From the IMG/VR virus record IMGVR_UViG_3300031565_000011: a stretch of 64,000 bases of DNA; one strand, written 5' to 3'. This document shows, in pieces, positions 17,655 to 26,205 of this stretch (position 1 is its first letter; the number at the start of each line of letters is the position of its first letter). Source of the stretch: an uncultured virus (IMG/VR IMGVR_UViG_3300031565_000011). Its lineage: Duplodnaviria; Heunggongvirae; Uroviricota; Caudoviricetes. A model generated the notes under the pieces. It did no database searches. It worked only from the letters and a program-made list of their open reading frames with translations, and was not told where the DNA came from. Made by a program: the position numbers and the translations under genes.

Positions 17655-17876
17655 TCAATGTTTTTGCTTTGTTGGACGATTCGGATTTGCTTGCCCGCTT
17701 GGAAGTCGATGATTTATCGTCTCCCCAATACATTTCTTGCACAAATGCCCCAACCGCCCCATATCTTTTTTAGTAAAATATATATAAGTTTTTAATTCTC
17801 CGCTTATCGGCGACCTACAACGATGGCAGGTTGTATCGTCGCAGACTATAAATGTTTCCTTAAAACGGTTTCTCAT
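17655..17876 (-). CDS. Hypothetical zinc-finger protein
   Basis: CHRC...CKKC. Confidence 0.55.
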   Translation of the reverse strand: MRNRFKETFIVCDDTTCHRCRSPISGELKTYIYFTKKDMGRLGHLCKKCIGETINHRLPSGQANPNRPTKQKH

Positions 17877-17890
17877 TTTAATATCCTTAA

Positions 17891-18073
17891 TTATCCCATT
17901 TCCTCCGCCTCTTTTTCTCCTGTTTCGTCGTACTCCGCCAATTCCCGCCGATTCCGTTCAAGCATCCTGTTTATACGTTCCTGATACTCTTTCCAGGTAA
18001 AAAGTTTCACTCCCAACCGTTCCCGCTTAGCGTTTGTTTCTCTCCACAGAGATTTATAATATTCTTTATCCAT
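17891..18073 (-). CDS. Small protein, paralogue of 20315-20497
   Basis: Shared YY..L.RETN.KR...G...FTW.EY..RI and EYDETGEKEAEEM. Confidence 0.8.
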   Translation of the reverse strand: MDKEYYKSLWRETNAKRERLGVKLFTWKEYQERINRMLERNRRELAEYDETGEKEAEEMG

Positions 18074-18120
18074 GATATTTCCTTTCAATTTATTGTTAAT
18101 GTCTATTTAAAGGGTTTGGA

Positions 18121-18339
18121 TTATTCGACCACTTCCCTGGAGGAAACCAGGATAACGATTTGATCCAAGAGCGCCAGGGCCTCCCGGTGGTTTTCGGGCA
18201 TGTTCCCGTACCATTCATCCTTATAAATGAAATGCCATTTCCTGGTCTCGATCATTTCCCGAAGCCTGGCGATCTGTCTGCGAATGTTCTTGAGCGAGCG
18301 GTTTTTCTTTTCCGTCTTGGTTTCTTTCGGAATCGCCAT
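18121..18339 (-). CDS. Hypothetical protein
   Basis: Conserved leader. Confidence 0.65.
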   Translation of the reverse strand: MAIPKETKTEKKNRSLKNIRRQIARLREMIETRKWHFIYKDEWYGNMPENHREALALLDQIVILVSSREVVE

Positions 18340-18402
18340 GATATTTCCTTTCCAATATGGGTTTCCTATATTTCCTTTTCGATGTGCGTTACACCGAAAT
18401 AG

Positions 18403-18735
18403 TTATTTGTTTAAACCCTCTCTTATCTTCGCAATATCAATTTCTCCCGCCGCCCGCATCTTTGATGCCTTACGTTTCGAAATACCTAATACAGCCGCTA
18501 TTTGCGCGTTAGTTATCCCATCCTTTACAGAATTAAATTGTTCTTTTGTTGCTATCTCTGTTAAGATTTTTTCCCTCGTTATATCTAAAGCCCTAAATAG
18601 ATTACATTCATCCTTGCAATTACACCCATCACAGGGATTCCCTTTTGTTACCTCGTAGATATAAGGGAACATTTCAAACGGATCATTAATAGCAAGTTCG
18701 CAGTTCATATCTTTAAACCAGGCTATTGATTTCAT
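18403..18735 (-). CDS. Cys-cluster plus HTH DNA-binding protein
   Basis: CDGCNC...C and GITNAQIAAVLGISKRKASK. AGGAGG RBS; AT-rich. Confidence 0.65.
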   Translation of the reverse strand: MKSIAWFKDMNCELAINDPFEMFPYIYEVTKGNPCDGCNCKDECNLFRALDITREKILTEIATKEQFNSVKDGITNAQIAAVLGISKRKASKMRAAGEIDIAKIREGLNK

Positions 18736-18861
18736 TTGTTCCTCCTATTCATATATTTATTTAAAGGGGCTGAACCCTGAACCCCTTTCCAGCAGCGAGA
18801 CCTTTCGGGCAAGGATTCGCTAATTGCATGGGTATGCCTCCAGCGATATCATCGCTGGACC

Positions 18862-19000
18862 CAGAGGCCCTCCGCGATTCCCTGCAGGCGGCGGTGAGTT
18901 CCCTGGCGAAAGGATTCGCTATCAAGGAACCCCAAGTTTCCGCGCCCATCCTTCCAACTCCGGTTTCGGAATCCCTAGTGTTTGTCAAAGATCAGAATCA
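18862..19000 (-). repeat. Structured non-coding repeat, copy 1 (candidate ncRNA)
   Basis: ~135-bp imperfect direct repeat of 21225-21370, with a covarying hairpin. Confidence 0.75.
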
Positions 19001-19001
19001 C

Positions 19002-19045
19002 CTAATAGCCCGGCCGTCAATATTTTCGTCGGGCCGGGCTAGATT
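19002..19045 (-). terminator. Intergenic hairpin followed by TATTAG
   Basis: TAGCCCGGCC/GGCCGGGCTA stem after the 19050-19385 gene. Confidence 0.55.
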
Positions 19046-19049
19046 ATTA

Positions 19050-19385
19050 TCAGATTACCTCTTCGTCGGGTTCCATCCTGCCCGGAATCGTCATGCTCGT
19101 GGCGTGAAGGGTTTCGTTGAAGACCGTGGTCGCGATATAGATCATACGATGTTCAAGGTTTCCCCTCACTTCTTCCAGGGTCACGGTCTTTCCCTGCGCC
19201 TCGGCGAGGGAGAGATAGCCGTCGATCACCTGAGCCATTTCTTCCCTCGCCTTCAACCCCTGAGCGTTCAGACAGGACTGCAAGAAGTCGCGCCGTGCCA
19301 GGGCAGCGCGTTCCTTTGCGTGAAACGATTTCGCCTGGAGCTTCTGGGACTTGATACTTGCGTTTTTTCGTTCAGTCTTTGTCAT
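19050..19385 (-). CDS. Helical protein, paralogue of 19504-19782
   Basis: Shared A...RR...Q..LNA..L.A..E and A...FN..LH. Confidence 0.75.
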   Translation of the reverse strand: MTKTERKNASIKSQKLQAKSFHAKERAALARRDFLQSCLNAQGLKAREEMAQVIDGYLSLAEAQGKTVTLEEVRGNLEHRMIYIATTVFNETLHATSMTIPGRMEPDEEVI

Positions 19386-19433
19386 GGTATTTCCTTTCCA
19401 ATATGAGTTTGAATGTCCGGGTTTGGTTTATTC

Positions 19434-19470
19434 TGATAGGGCATGGATAATTCCTCACCCATGCCCTAAT
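19434..19470 (-). terminator. Intergenic hairpin (GAGGAATT apex)
   Basis: TAGGGCATGG/CCATGCCCTA stem. Confidence 0.5.
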
Positions 19471-19503
19471 ATCTTATCAATACCAATGCCAATGCCACAT
19501 TAA

Positions 19504-19782
19504 TTATTCGAACGGGCTGAACGTTGCAAGGTTACTAACGTGCAAGGCGGCATTAAAGGTATCTCTCGCAACTTGCTCGGCCAATCTCAAAATATAGCCA
19601 GCGTATTTATTCGCCGCCTGCAAGTCTGTTTTCTGCATCGCTAAAAGTATCTCGTTGAATTCCATTATTGCTTCCAGTTTGCAGGCATTTAGTGCTGCCT
19701 GAAACGCTTCTCGCCTTGAATTATCGGCGGCATCCCTTGCCTTTATGCTCTGGTAACGAAATTTTTCGCTTGCCTTTGCCAT
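19504..19782 (-). CDS. Helical protein, paralogue of 19050-19385
   Basis: Conserved leader; similarity as described for 19050-19385. Confidence 0.75.
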   Translation of the reverse strand: MAKASEKFRYQSIKARDAADNSRREAFQAALNACKLEAIMEFNEILLAMQKTDLQAANKYAGYILRLAEQVARDTFNAALHVSNLATFSPFE

Positions 19783-19821
19783 GGTATTTCCTTTCAAATG
19801 TATGGGTTGATATGAACCGAA

Positions 19822-20004
19822 TTATAGCCCCGCCTGACGAATCCGATTCTTTTTAAGATATCTTGATATATAACCATCCGTTTTTCCCAGCTCCTTCAAG
19901 CTTTCTACCAGCATTTCCCGATTCCATCGCGCGATATAGTGATTCCCCTGATAGCAGGTGCGATATTGTTTTACCTCGTCGGTTATCTCCCTGACTGATT
20001 TCAT
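19822..20004 (-). CDS. Hypothetical protein
   Basis: Conserved leader TTGAGAGGAAATACC-ATG. Confidence 0.65.
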   Translation of the reverse strand: MKSVREITDEVKQYRTCYQGNHYIARWNREMLVESLKELGKTDGYISRYLKKNRIRQAGL

Positions 20005-20037
20005 GGTATTTCCTCTCAATGGGGTTTATTGGTATAT

Positions 20038-20283
20038 TTAAACTTGGCTAATCCGTACCTGGAACTTGGTCCCGTTTGCAAGGGATATAAATAAACCCCT
20101 TTTATTTTGTTCCACGTTAATAACGGCAGGATACTCACCATGGCAAATTTCCAAGAGGGCGTTTTCTTTTATTTTACTGTGATCCCAAAACGCCGCATAA
20201 CTACCTTCAAAGAACTGCCTAATCCACTCCCTGAAATCTTTTTCAGCTTCATTGCCCGGAATACCTTGAACGCTAATATTCAT
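20038..20283 (-). CDS. Hypothetical protein
   Basis: Conserved leader TTGAAAGGAAATAAA-ATG. Confidence 0.65.
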   Translation of the reverse strand: MNISVQGIPGNEAEKDFREWIRQFFEGSYAAFWDHSKIKENALLEICHGEYPAVINVEQNKRGLFISLANGTKFQVRISQV

Positions 20284-20314
20284 TTTATTTCCTTTCAAAT
20301 ATGGGGTTAATATA

Positions 20315-20497
20315 TTATTCCATTTCTTCCGCTTCCTTTTCCCCGGTTTCATCATACTCCTGAAAATCCTTCCGCTGCCCTTCAAGAATCGCCTTGATCC
20401 GAGCGCGATATTCCAGCCAGGTGAATGGTTCCATTCCGGCCGTCTTGCGTTTGCGATTTGTTTCGCGCATCAAGTCCCTATAATAACTTTCGTCCAT
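20315..20497 (-). CDS. Small protein, paralogue of 17891-18073
   Basis: See paralogue; CTGAAAGGAAGTATC-ATG leader. Confidence 0.8.
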   Translation of the reverse strand: MDESYYRDLMRETNRKRKTAGMEPFTWLEYRARIKAILEGQRKDFQEYDETGEKEAEEME

Positions 20498-21224
20498 GAT
20501 ACTTCCTTTCAGTATATTTGTGAATGAAAATTATTCCCGCCAATTCTCTGGTCGGAGGATTACAGCGGGCAATTCTTTTTTTTCTAAAGACTATTGTTGT
20601 TCCTGGTACTTTCAATTTTCCCGGCGCTTTGTCGGAAAAGAAGCGTGCTTTACTTTTCAATCCCCTTGGCGATCGTCGCTTTATTCGGCTGTTCCAAATT
20701 TGGAACCTTGCCGATTATTTTTTGAACGGCCAAGGAAAGAAGCGCTTAGGAAAGGTTTGGTGCGAAACGTATAGGCCAGACCTCCCCGAGATCCGTAACC
20801 CACCTATCGTCCAGACCACCCGATTGCCCGGGCATTGCACCTCCGGGGCCCTTTCGGCCATTCCTTGAAATGGTCTTCCGCTTTTTAGTTCAAACGCGGG
20901 AAGCGACAAACCCTGACGCTCATGGCATAAAGGAAGTCCCCGGTCAATGTATTTTTCATCCTTTCCAACTCCCGACCTTTTCGAGCATGGTAGGAATCCA
21001 TTCACCGGAATCGCCAGGCGATCCGGGAGGATATCCAGCGGGCCGTTCATTGGTAGGCGGCAAATAATCGGAGCCGGAGCCCTACTCAAGCGTCCTTATG
21101 ACCAGGGACAATCTACTCCGGCCGAGCGGGGCTGTACCCTGCCTCGACCTCATCAGCGGAGCCGTTAGCAAGCAAGGGACCGACAATGACGTCGGTTTGG
21201 ATAACCGGAAGCGCTGCAACCGGC

Positions 21225-21370
21225 CCCGAGGGGTCCTCCCCGATCCCTTGCAGGCATTGGTGAGTTCCCTGGCGGGTGATCCCGCTATCAAGGAACCCCC
21301 TATTTCCATGCCCACCCTTCCAACTCCGGTTTCGATATCCCTGGTATTTATCAAAGACCGATGATTCAGC
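21225..21370 (-). repeat. Structured non-coding repeat, copy 2 (candidate ncRNA)
   Basis: Direct repeat of 18862-19000. Confidence 0.75.
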
Positions 21371-21467
21371 CAGGGAAGCGGAGCGCCCACAGAGGGGAGG
21401 GGGCCGTGGGGATTCTGGTTCCCCTGGATTCCCTTTCGCTCGGCTCCTGTTTGAATCATGTTCATGT

Positions 21468-21600
21468 CCCCATTATATCCCATAGGGGGAACAAACCTAT
21501 CAATATTTTTTGACCAACCAGAGATTTTTGACACAAAATTTCCATAACACCTTGGAGGATAAGGAGTACAAATTTTTTACCAATCCGTCGATTTTCTTTG
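21468..21600 (-). promoter_or_regulatory. Candidate strong early promoter region
   Basis: TATAAT on the minus strand near 21472-21477, with upstream phased A-tracts. No -35 hexamer at canonical spacing was found. Confidence 0.35.
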
Positions 21601-21738
21601 GCGATTCCCCTGAACCGCCCCACTAATGACCGGAACTGCCCGGATTCTAACCCAGAAAGCACCGGTTCCTGGCGCTTTTTGAAGTTAGCCAAAGTTGATA
21701 CTTTTTGGTCAGGAATCAGTGCCATTTCAGGCCATTTC

Positions 21739-22791
21739 CTACTCATCCACGGCATCGCAGAACTCCACCTTTTCAGCCCTTGAAAGCGACCGAAAGAACT
21801 GCTTTTGCGAGCAGTCGCAGGGGTCCTTACCCTCCGGAAGATTCACACGATACAGGGTCGTGGAAGGGAACAGGAAATCGACCAGTCTCTGTTCTCCCTT
21901 ATCGCCTCCCTCGTCGGCGTCGAATGCTATATAAACCTCGTCAAAGCAAGTAAGCAAAAGCTCTGCTTGCTCGGACGTTACTGAAGTAGAAAAAGAAGCG
22001 ACACAGGGTATGCCCAATGAAGCCACCTTTAAGCAATCCCAAACTCCCTCAACAAGAACAACTCGATCAGTCTTCCCTTTCAGCTTATCCAAACCGAATA
22101 ACAAAAGACCGGTCGGTGCTTTCTTTGGAAAGAGCTTGTCCGAATTATCCCGAGGATTCTGAGCGAAGAAAGAAAACCAATCTCCTTCCTCATTGCATAT
22201 CGGAACTATTATCCTAAGCAGCTCGCGGTAAAAAGCGAGTCCGATCGAGTAATCCTTAATTATCCGACCCACCCTGACTGGATCGAAATTTCTCGACTTG
22301 TTCCTGACCATATATCGAGCGATGTAAATATCATCCTCAAACATAGAAGGAATAAAGGTTGGCTTAGCCTCTCGTCTCTTTTCAGTTTCGGTCGGTTCAT
22401 TCAGTTCTTCTAATTCCTTTTCAAGTAGACCGATGGAATACATGTCGCCGTCGAACGAGAACTGCTTAAGAGTTGAAATCGCCTGGTTGAATGAACAGGC
22501 CTCCATTGCTCGGATGAATTTAATTACATCCCCGCTCCCGCATTTATAACATTTATAAAAGCCGTTCCAGGGAGTCCCGGGTTCATGACGCATGCCGAAG
22601 GATGGCGAATTATCAGGCCCGCCATGGCCTGGCAAGGGGCACGAGCAGTTTAAGTATGTCCCGTTCGGTTTTAGATTCCGAACATTATAGTGGTCAAGAA
22701 TTCGCTTAACATCAGCCCGCTTCCGAAGCAAACTAACAAAGCTTATCTGCCCCTCTTTTCTCTTTGCGTTTTCCATTGTCGGTCCCAGCAT
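21739..22791 (-). CDS. DNA primase (CHC2 zinc finger + TOPRIM)
   Basis: CPLPGH..D.SPSF, CYKC.SGDVI.F, LVEGVWD and FDADEGG. Confidence 0.93.
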   Translation of the reverse strand: MLGPTMENAKRKEGQISFVSLLRKRADVKRILDHYNVRNLKPNGTYLNCSCPLPGHGGPDNSPSFGMRHEPGTPWNGFYKCYKCGSGDVIKFIRAMEACSFNQAISTLKQFSFDGDMYSIGLLEKELEELNEPTETEKRREAKPTFIPSMFEDDIYIARYMVRNKSRNFDPVRVGRIIKDYSIGLAFYRELLRIIVPICNEEGDWFSFFAQNPRDNSDKLFPKKAPTGLLLFGLDKLKGKTDRVVLVEGVWDCLKVASLGIPCVASFSTSVTSEQAELLLTCFDEVYIAFDADEGGDKGEQRLVDFLFPSTTLYRVNLPEGKDPCDCSQKQFFRSLSRAEKVEFCDAVDE

Positions 22792-23396
22792 TACTTAACC
22801 CCTTTCGCTTCTAATTTCCTGATGTGCTTTCCTATTCTTTGCCAATCCTTCTCGGCTCGCTTTTTAAACTCTGGGTTTCTGGCGCAAGCCGAAGGATGAT
22901 ATGTTACATAAATACGATACTTCCTTTCGCCTTCGTATGCCCATCCGGGGCCCCTATTCTTTTCGACTCCAACCCTGGCAGTCAATGAATTAAGGGCTGT
23001 TCCGCCCAGGAGTATTATTAACCTTGGTTTTAGAATTGATATAGTCTGCTTCATTCTAACCACGCAGCGAATTATCTGTAGTTCATCCGGTTTATTAAAT
23101 CCTCCCGAATCCTTCTTACCTGGATAACACATAGTCGAATTAAAAATAAAGCAATCGTTCCTATCGAATCCAGCTATTTCAAGAAGTTTGTCAAGCATTT
23201 TTCCGGCTCTTCCTATGAATGGTACCCCTGCTTTATTTTCTTCTGGACCTGGCGCTTCGCCAAGTATCATTACTCCTTTACTACACCATCCCTTTCCGAA
23301 GACAATCTTTGTTCTTAGCAGATATAGATCGCAATTTTTACATTTACTATATTTATGTCTAAGTCTATGCAGTTGTCTTTCTTGTTTTGGTGTCAT
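22791..23396 (-). CDS. Uracil-DNA glycosylase family 4 (Fe-S)
   Basis: CKNCDL..R..VFG.G, GEAPG.EE..G.PF.GRAG and TYHPS. Confidence 0.92.
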   Translation of the reverse strand: MTPKQERQLHRLRHKYSKCKNCDLYLLRTKIVFGKGWCSKGVMILGEAPGPEENKAGVPFIGRAGKMLDKLLEIAGFDRNDCFIFNSTMCYPGKKDSGGFNKPDELQIIRCVVRMKQTISILKPRLIILLGGTALNSLTARVGVEKNRGPGWAYEGERKYRIYVTYHPSACARNPEFKKRAEKDWQRIGKHIRKLEAKGVK

Positions 23397-23404
23397 AGTG
23401 TTCT

Positions 23405-23535
23405 CCTAAGATTAGATAAAGACAAAGAAAGAAAGAAAGATGGAAACTAAGTCTTAGCCTTAGTCTTAGCCTTAGTCTATAGACTTAGACTAAGATTTCA
23501 TATTTAATCTTTTATTTTCTTTTCATTTCTTATTC
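23405..23535. repeat. Iterated TTAG(T/C)C hexamers with dyad symmetry and an AT-rich flank (candidate replication origin)
   Basis: AGTCTTAGCCTT x2, then AGTCTA|TAGACT palindrome core with TCTTAG/CTAAGA outer arms; AAAG tandem repeats on one side and an AT tract on the other. Confidence 0.6.
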
Positions 23536-24906
23536 TTATTTTCTTTTCTTATTCTTTCTTTTCATTATATTTCTTTTTATTCGAGAATCATTTATACGAA
23601 TAATTCCAAAGTTAGGAAGTATTTCTATATACTCTCGGTCTTTACCTTCGCGTATTTTCAAGAATTGAATACGGGCACGAGGCGGAACTCGGAGTCTCAT
23701 GGCACGAGTTTGAACTATGGCGACCAGGACGTCGGCATTGTGAAGAAGGGCCTGTTTATTAATAGCGATATCAGATGCGGTTATTTCTTCTTTGTCATAG
23801 GCCTCCGGCTTCAACTGGCCGGCCGTAATGACTGGGATTTTCCTTTTCAGTCCAATGTTTTTACATTCAACTAGAATTTGTCCCTGTGGCTGCCAATCCA
23901 AAGAAAGAGTCTGCCGACCACTAAGAGAATTAGGAACCATATTATTTACATAGTCGATAAAAATAATGTCAGGCTCAAACCCTTTCTCCTGGAGTTTCTG
24001 GTCAATAGCAGCAGCTGAGCAATTACCTCCGGTCATGCCGATAACAATGAGTTGGTTTTTAGATAATTGTTTTATAGAGACTTTCCATTTCTCAAGATCA
24101 ATAGAACGCATAAGGGTAGGTTTTTTGAATTTCTTGTGACGGACTTCCGATATACGGGAGTCCATTCGGAAGGCTACCTGACGGGGCGTCATTTCATTAG
24201 TAATATAGGCCACTTTCTTTCCTTGCTCAACTGCGATGTAAACTGCCTGGTCCTGCATAGTAATTGATTTCCCACCCGAGGTTTGAGAAACGAATATAAT
24301 TAAGTCCCCTGGATTATAACCAGAGGTTTCATCATCAAATCTATCATCTATACCGGATTCAATCCCGCGGTGAGCCTCCCCCGATTTTATCTGTGCTTTT
24401 ATTTGTTTTAACCGCTCCCTGAAGTCTCTTCTTACATCAACAAATTCAACTTCTTTTCCGATCTTTATTTGATGTTGGGTAATCGCATCAAATAGATAAT
24501 CCTTTACCATAAAAGGATTTCCGTTCTGTTTGAAAATATCCTTAGCAGTCAATAGCATTTTTTGGATATCCCGCGAGGCTTCATGTACTAATAGTTCTTC
24601 TACCAGATATTGTATAGCCTTGGGTTCTATTTTCAGTCGCGTAATTGATTTGACGAGATTCCCGATCTTACGTTTATGCGGACTATCGGATTCATCAGCC
24701 AGGGTCTTTGCTATCTGTGGATTTATAGGCGCAAAATATCGCGTGTTATAATCCCGAATAAGCCTAAACAGCTCTTGCGTAGCAGGAGTAGTAAAGGTCG
24801 AGACGTTAAGGCTCGAAATGGTTTCATCGCGGTTAAACTTCTTTGTCTTAAGCATGATCCCCAGTAACTCTTTTTCCTTGTCGATGTCCCGGTAACGAAT
24901 TGGCAT
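23536..24906 (-). CDS. Replicative DnaB-like helicase
   Basis: SQTSGGKS Walker A, TNEM, IFIDY Walker B, IPVITAGQL, ADV and KIREG. Confidence 0.9.
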   Translation of the reverse strand: MPIRYRDIDKEKELLGIMLKTKKFNRDETISSLNVSTFTTPATQELFRLIRDYNTRYFAPINPQIAKTLADESDSPHKRKIGNLVKSITRLKIEPKAIQYLVEELLVHEASRDIQKMLLTAKDIFKQNGNPFMVKDYLFDAITQHQIKIGKEVEFVDVRRDFRERLKQIKAQIKSGEAHRGIESGIDDRFDDETSGYNPGDLIIFVSQTSGGKSITMQDQAVYIAVEQGKKVAYITNEMTPRQVAFRMDSRISEVRHKKFKKPTLMRSIDLEKWKVSIKQLSKNQLIVIGMTGGNCSAAAIDQKLQEKGFEPDIIFIDYVNNMVPNSLSGRQTLSLDWQPQGQILVECKNIGLKRKIPVITAGQLKPEAYDKEEITASDIAINKQALLHNADVLVAIVQTRAMRLRVPPRARIQFLKIREGKDREYIEILPNFGIIRINDSRIKRNIMKRKNKKRK

Positions 24907-24984
24907 ACGGTTCTCCTTTACTTCGGTTTTGAATTCCTATAGTAAATATATCCTTATTATTTAATTCTTGTTTATATTTTTTAC

Positions 24985-25023
24985 AAAAAAGAAGACCCAT
25001 AACCCGAAGGGGATTATGGGTCT
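24985..25023 (-). terminator. Rho-independent terminator closing the virion/lysis operon
   Basis: AGACCCATAA/TTATGGGTCT stem followed by a U-tract on the minus strand. Confidence 0.75.
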
Positions 25024-25087
25024 ATGGACCACGGGGCCGATTTGTTTCCGGCAGGCTCCAGAAATCATAACCGTCGAATTACCAACC

Positions 25088-25384
25088 CTACTGGTTACGG
25101 TCGAACTTCTTCAGATACTCATCCAGCACCGGTTGGATTTTCGCTCCTCCGGCTTTTATTTCGATGAGCTCAGTAAGTCCTTTCGATGCCGGTTTGTTCT
25201 CCGTCTTGAACGTTTCCACCGAATCAGTCAGAACCCGGATGACGTTCTCTGCATCCTGGGCGACTGCCTTGGAGACCATTCCTTTTCTGACCAAGATAGT
25301 GAGAACAATGAGCGCGATGGGCGCCAGTAGAACTATGACATCCCGTATAGTGGAAATGGTTTCTCCCATGTCTGCCAGTACCAT
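25088..25384 (-). CDS. Holin-like membrane protein
   Basis: Single N-terminal TM segment; last gene of the late operon. Confidence 0.5.
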   Translation of the reverse strand: MVLADMGETISTIRDVIVLLAPIALIVLTILVRKGMVSKAVAQDAENVIRVLTDSVETFKTENKPASKGLTELIEIKAGGAKIQPVLDEYLKKFDRNQ

Positions 25385-25437
25385 GATTCCTCCTTCTCAG
25401 GATTTCCCGAATTTCTAAAGTTCGAGCCAACCCTCCC

Positions 25438-25487
25438 AAAAACAGGGGAAATCACTAGGCTTTTCTTAGCGAAACCCCCTGTTTTTT
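25438..25487. terminator. Bidirectional terminator-like hairpin
   Basis: AAAAACAGGGG...CCCCTGTTTTT. Confidence 0.55.
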
Positions 25488-25564
25488 GACTTCCCGTTCC
25501 GTGTTCTTGAAAGGGGCTAGGGTAATCGACACAGATTACGGGATTGCTGAAAAGTTGGCGAAAA

Positions 25565-25786
25565 CTACGCCAGAATCTTGAATAAACCCCACGCTTGGTT
25601 GACCACATCCTTGATAGTCTTTTCCGTCAATCTTGCCTCCTTGAGATCAGCCGCTGCCTTCTCCAGGATCGCCACTGCGTCTCTTATTGAGAAGGAGTTT
25701 TTCGCCACTCCAGGATTAAGCCCTTTGCCGGCGAAATAGTCCTTGGCGGAAGTGAATTTCAGTCCTACCTTTTCTTTCTCGGACAT
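25565..25786 (-). CDS. Hypothetical protein
   Basis: Coupled ORF with GGAGG RBS. Confidence 0.65.
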   Translation of the reverse strand: MSEKEKVGLKFTSAKDYFAGKGLNPGVAKNSFSIRDAVAILEKAAADLKEARLTEKTIKDVVNQAWGLFKILA

Positions 25787-26205
25787 TAATTCCCTCCTTT
25801 CAATTTATCGTAAAACTCAAGGATTTCCGGCGTTGCTTTGTTGATCGTTTGGATGGTCGCCAGAACCTCCTCGATTGAAAGCCCTTCGGCATGAGCCTGG
25901 TCATGGGCAAGGGCCACGAATTCCTTGTTGATAAGTGATTGTTCTTTCATGGCAGCCAATTGATCTTTGACTTGCGCGAGCACTTCAGTTCTGGCTGTTT
26001 CCTCCATTTCCCCTACTACTACCAGTCGCTTGGTATCTTCTGAAATGAACCGGTAGTAATTGAGTCCGAGGGTTTCCACGTTATTGTCGAGGTTGATCGA
26101 GTTTTCAAGGCCAAGTTCGGTGGCCTTGATATAGCTCGCTGGAGTGGGGCATCCGACCATTCCGAATGCCAGGAAAAGGAGCACCAGAATAGCGAGGCAT
26201 CTCAT
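25786..26205 (-). CDS. Lipoprotein (possibly spanin-like)
   Basis: Signal peptide with lipobox MVGC, then a helical body. Confidence 0.6.
   Translation of the reverse strand: MRCLAILVLLFLAFGMVGCPTPASYIKATELGLENSINLDNNVETLGLNYYRFISEDTKRLVVVGEMEETARTEVLAQVKDQLAAMKEQSLINKEFVALAHDQAHAEGLSIEEVLATIQTINKATPEILEFYDKLKGGN

Noticed and set aside
13954..20515. Regularly recurring sequence that might be a CRISPR array or integron attC cassettes
   Set aside because: The repeats are degenerate leaders separated by whole genes, not constant repeats with short spacers. The hairpins do not fit the RYYYAAC/GTTRRRY attC consensus, and no cas or integrase gene was seen.
20478..21089. ORFs 20478-20660 and 20715-21089 as real genes
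   Set aside because: They lack the conserved leader, use alternative starts and have no recognisable composition, so they were treated as non-coding.
18761..21534. ORFs spanning the duplicated element on either strand (18761-18988, 18828-19406, 21082-21534, 21098-21364)
   Set aside because: They lack shared starts, stops or the usual RBS. Peptide similarity appears on both strands simply because the DNA is repeated. Coding is not fully excluded.
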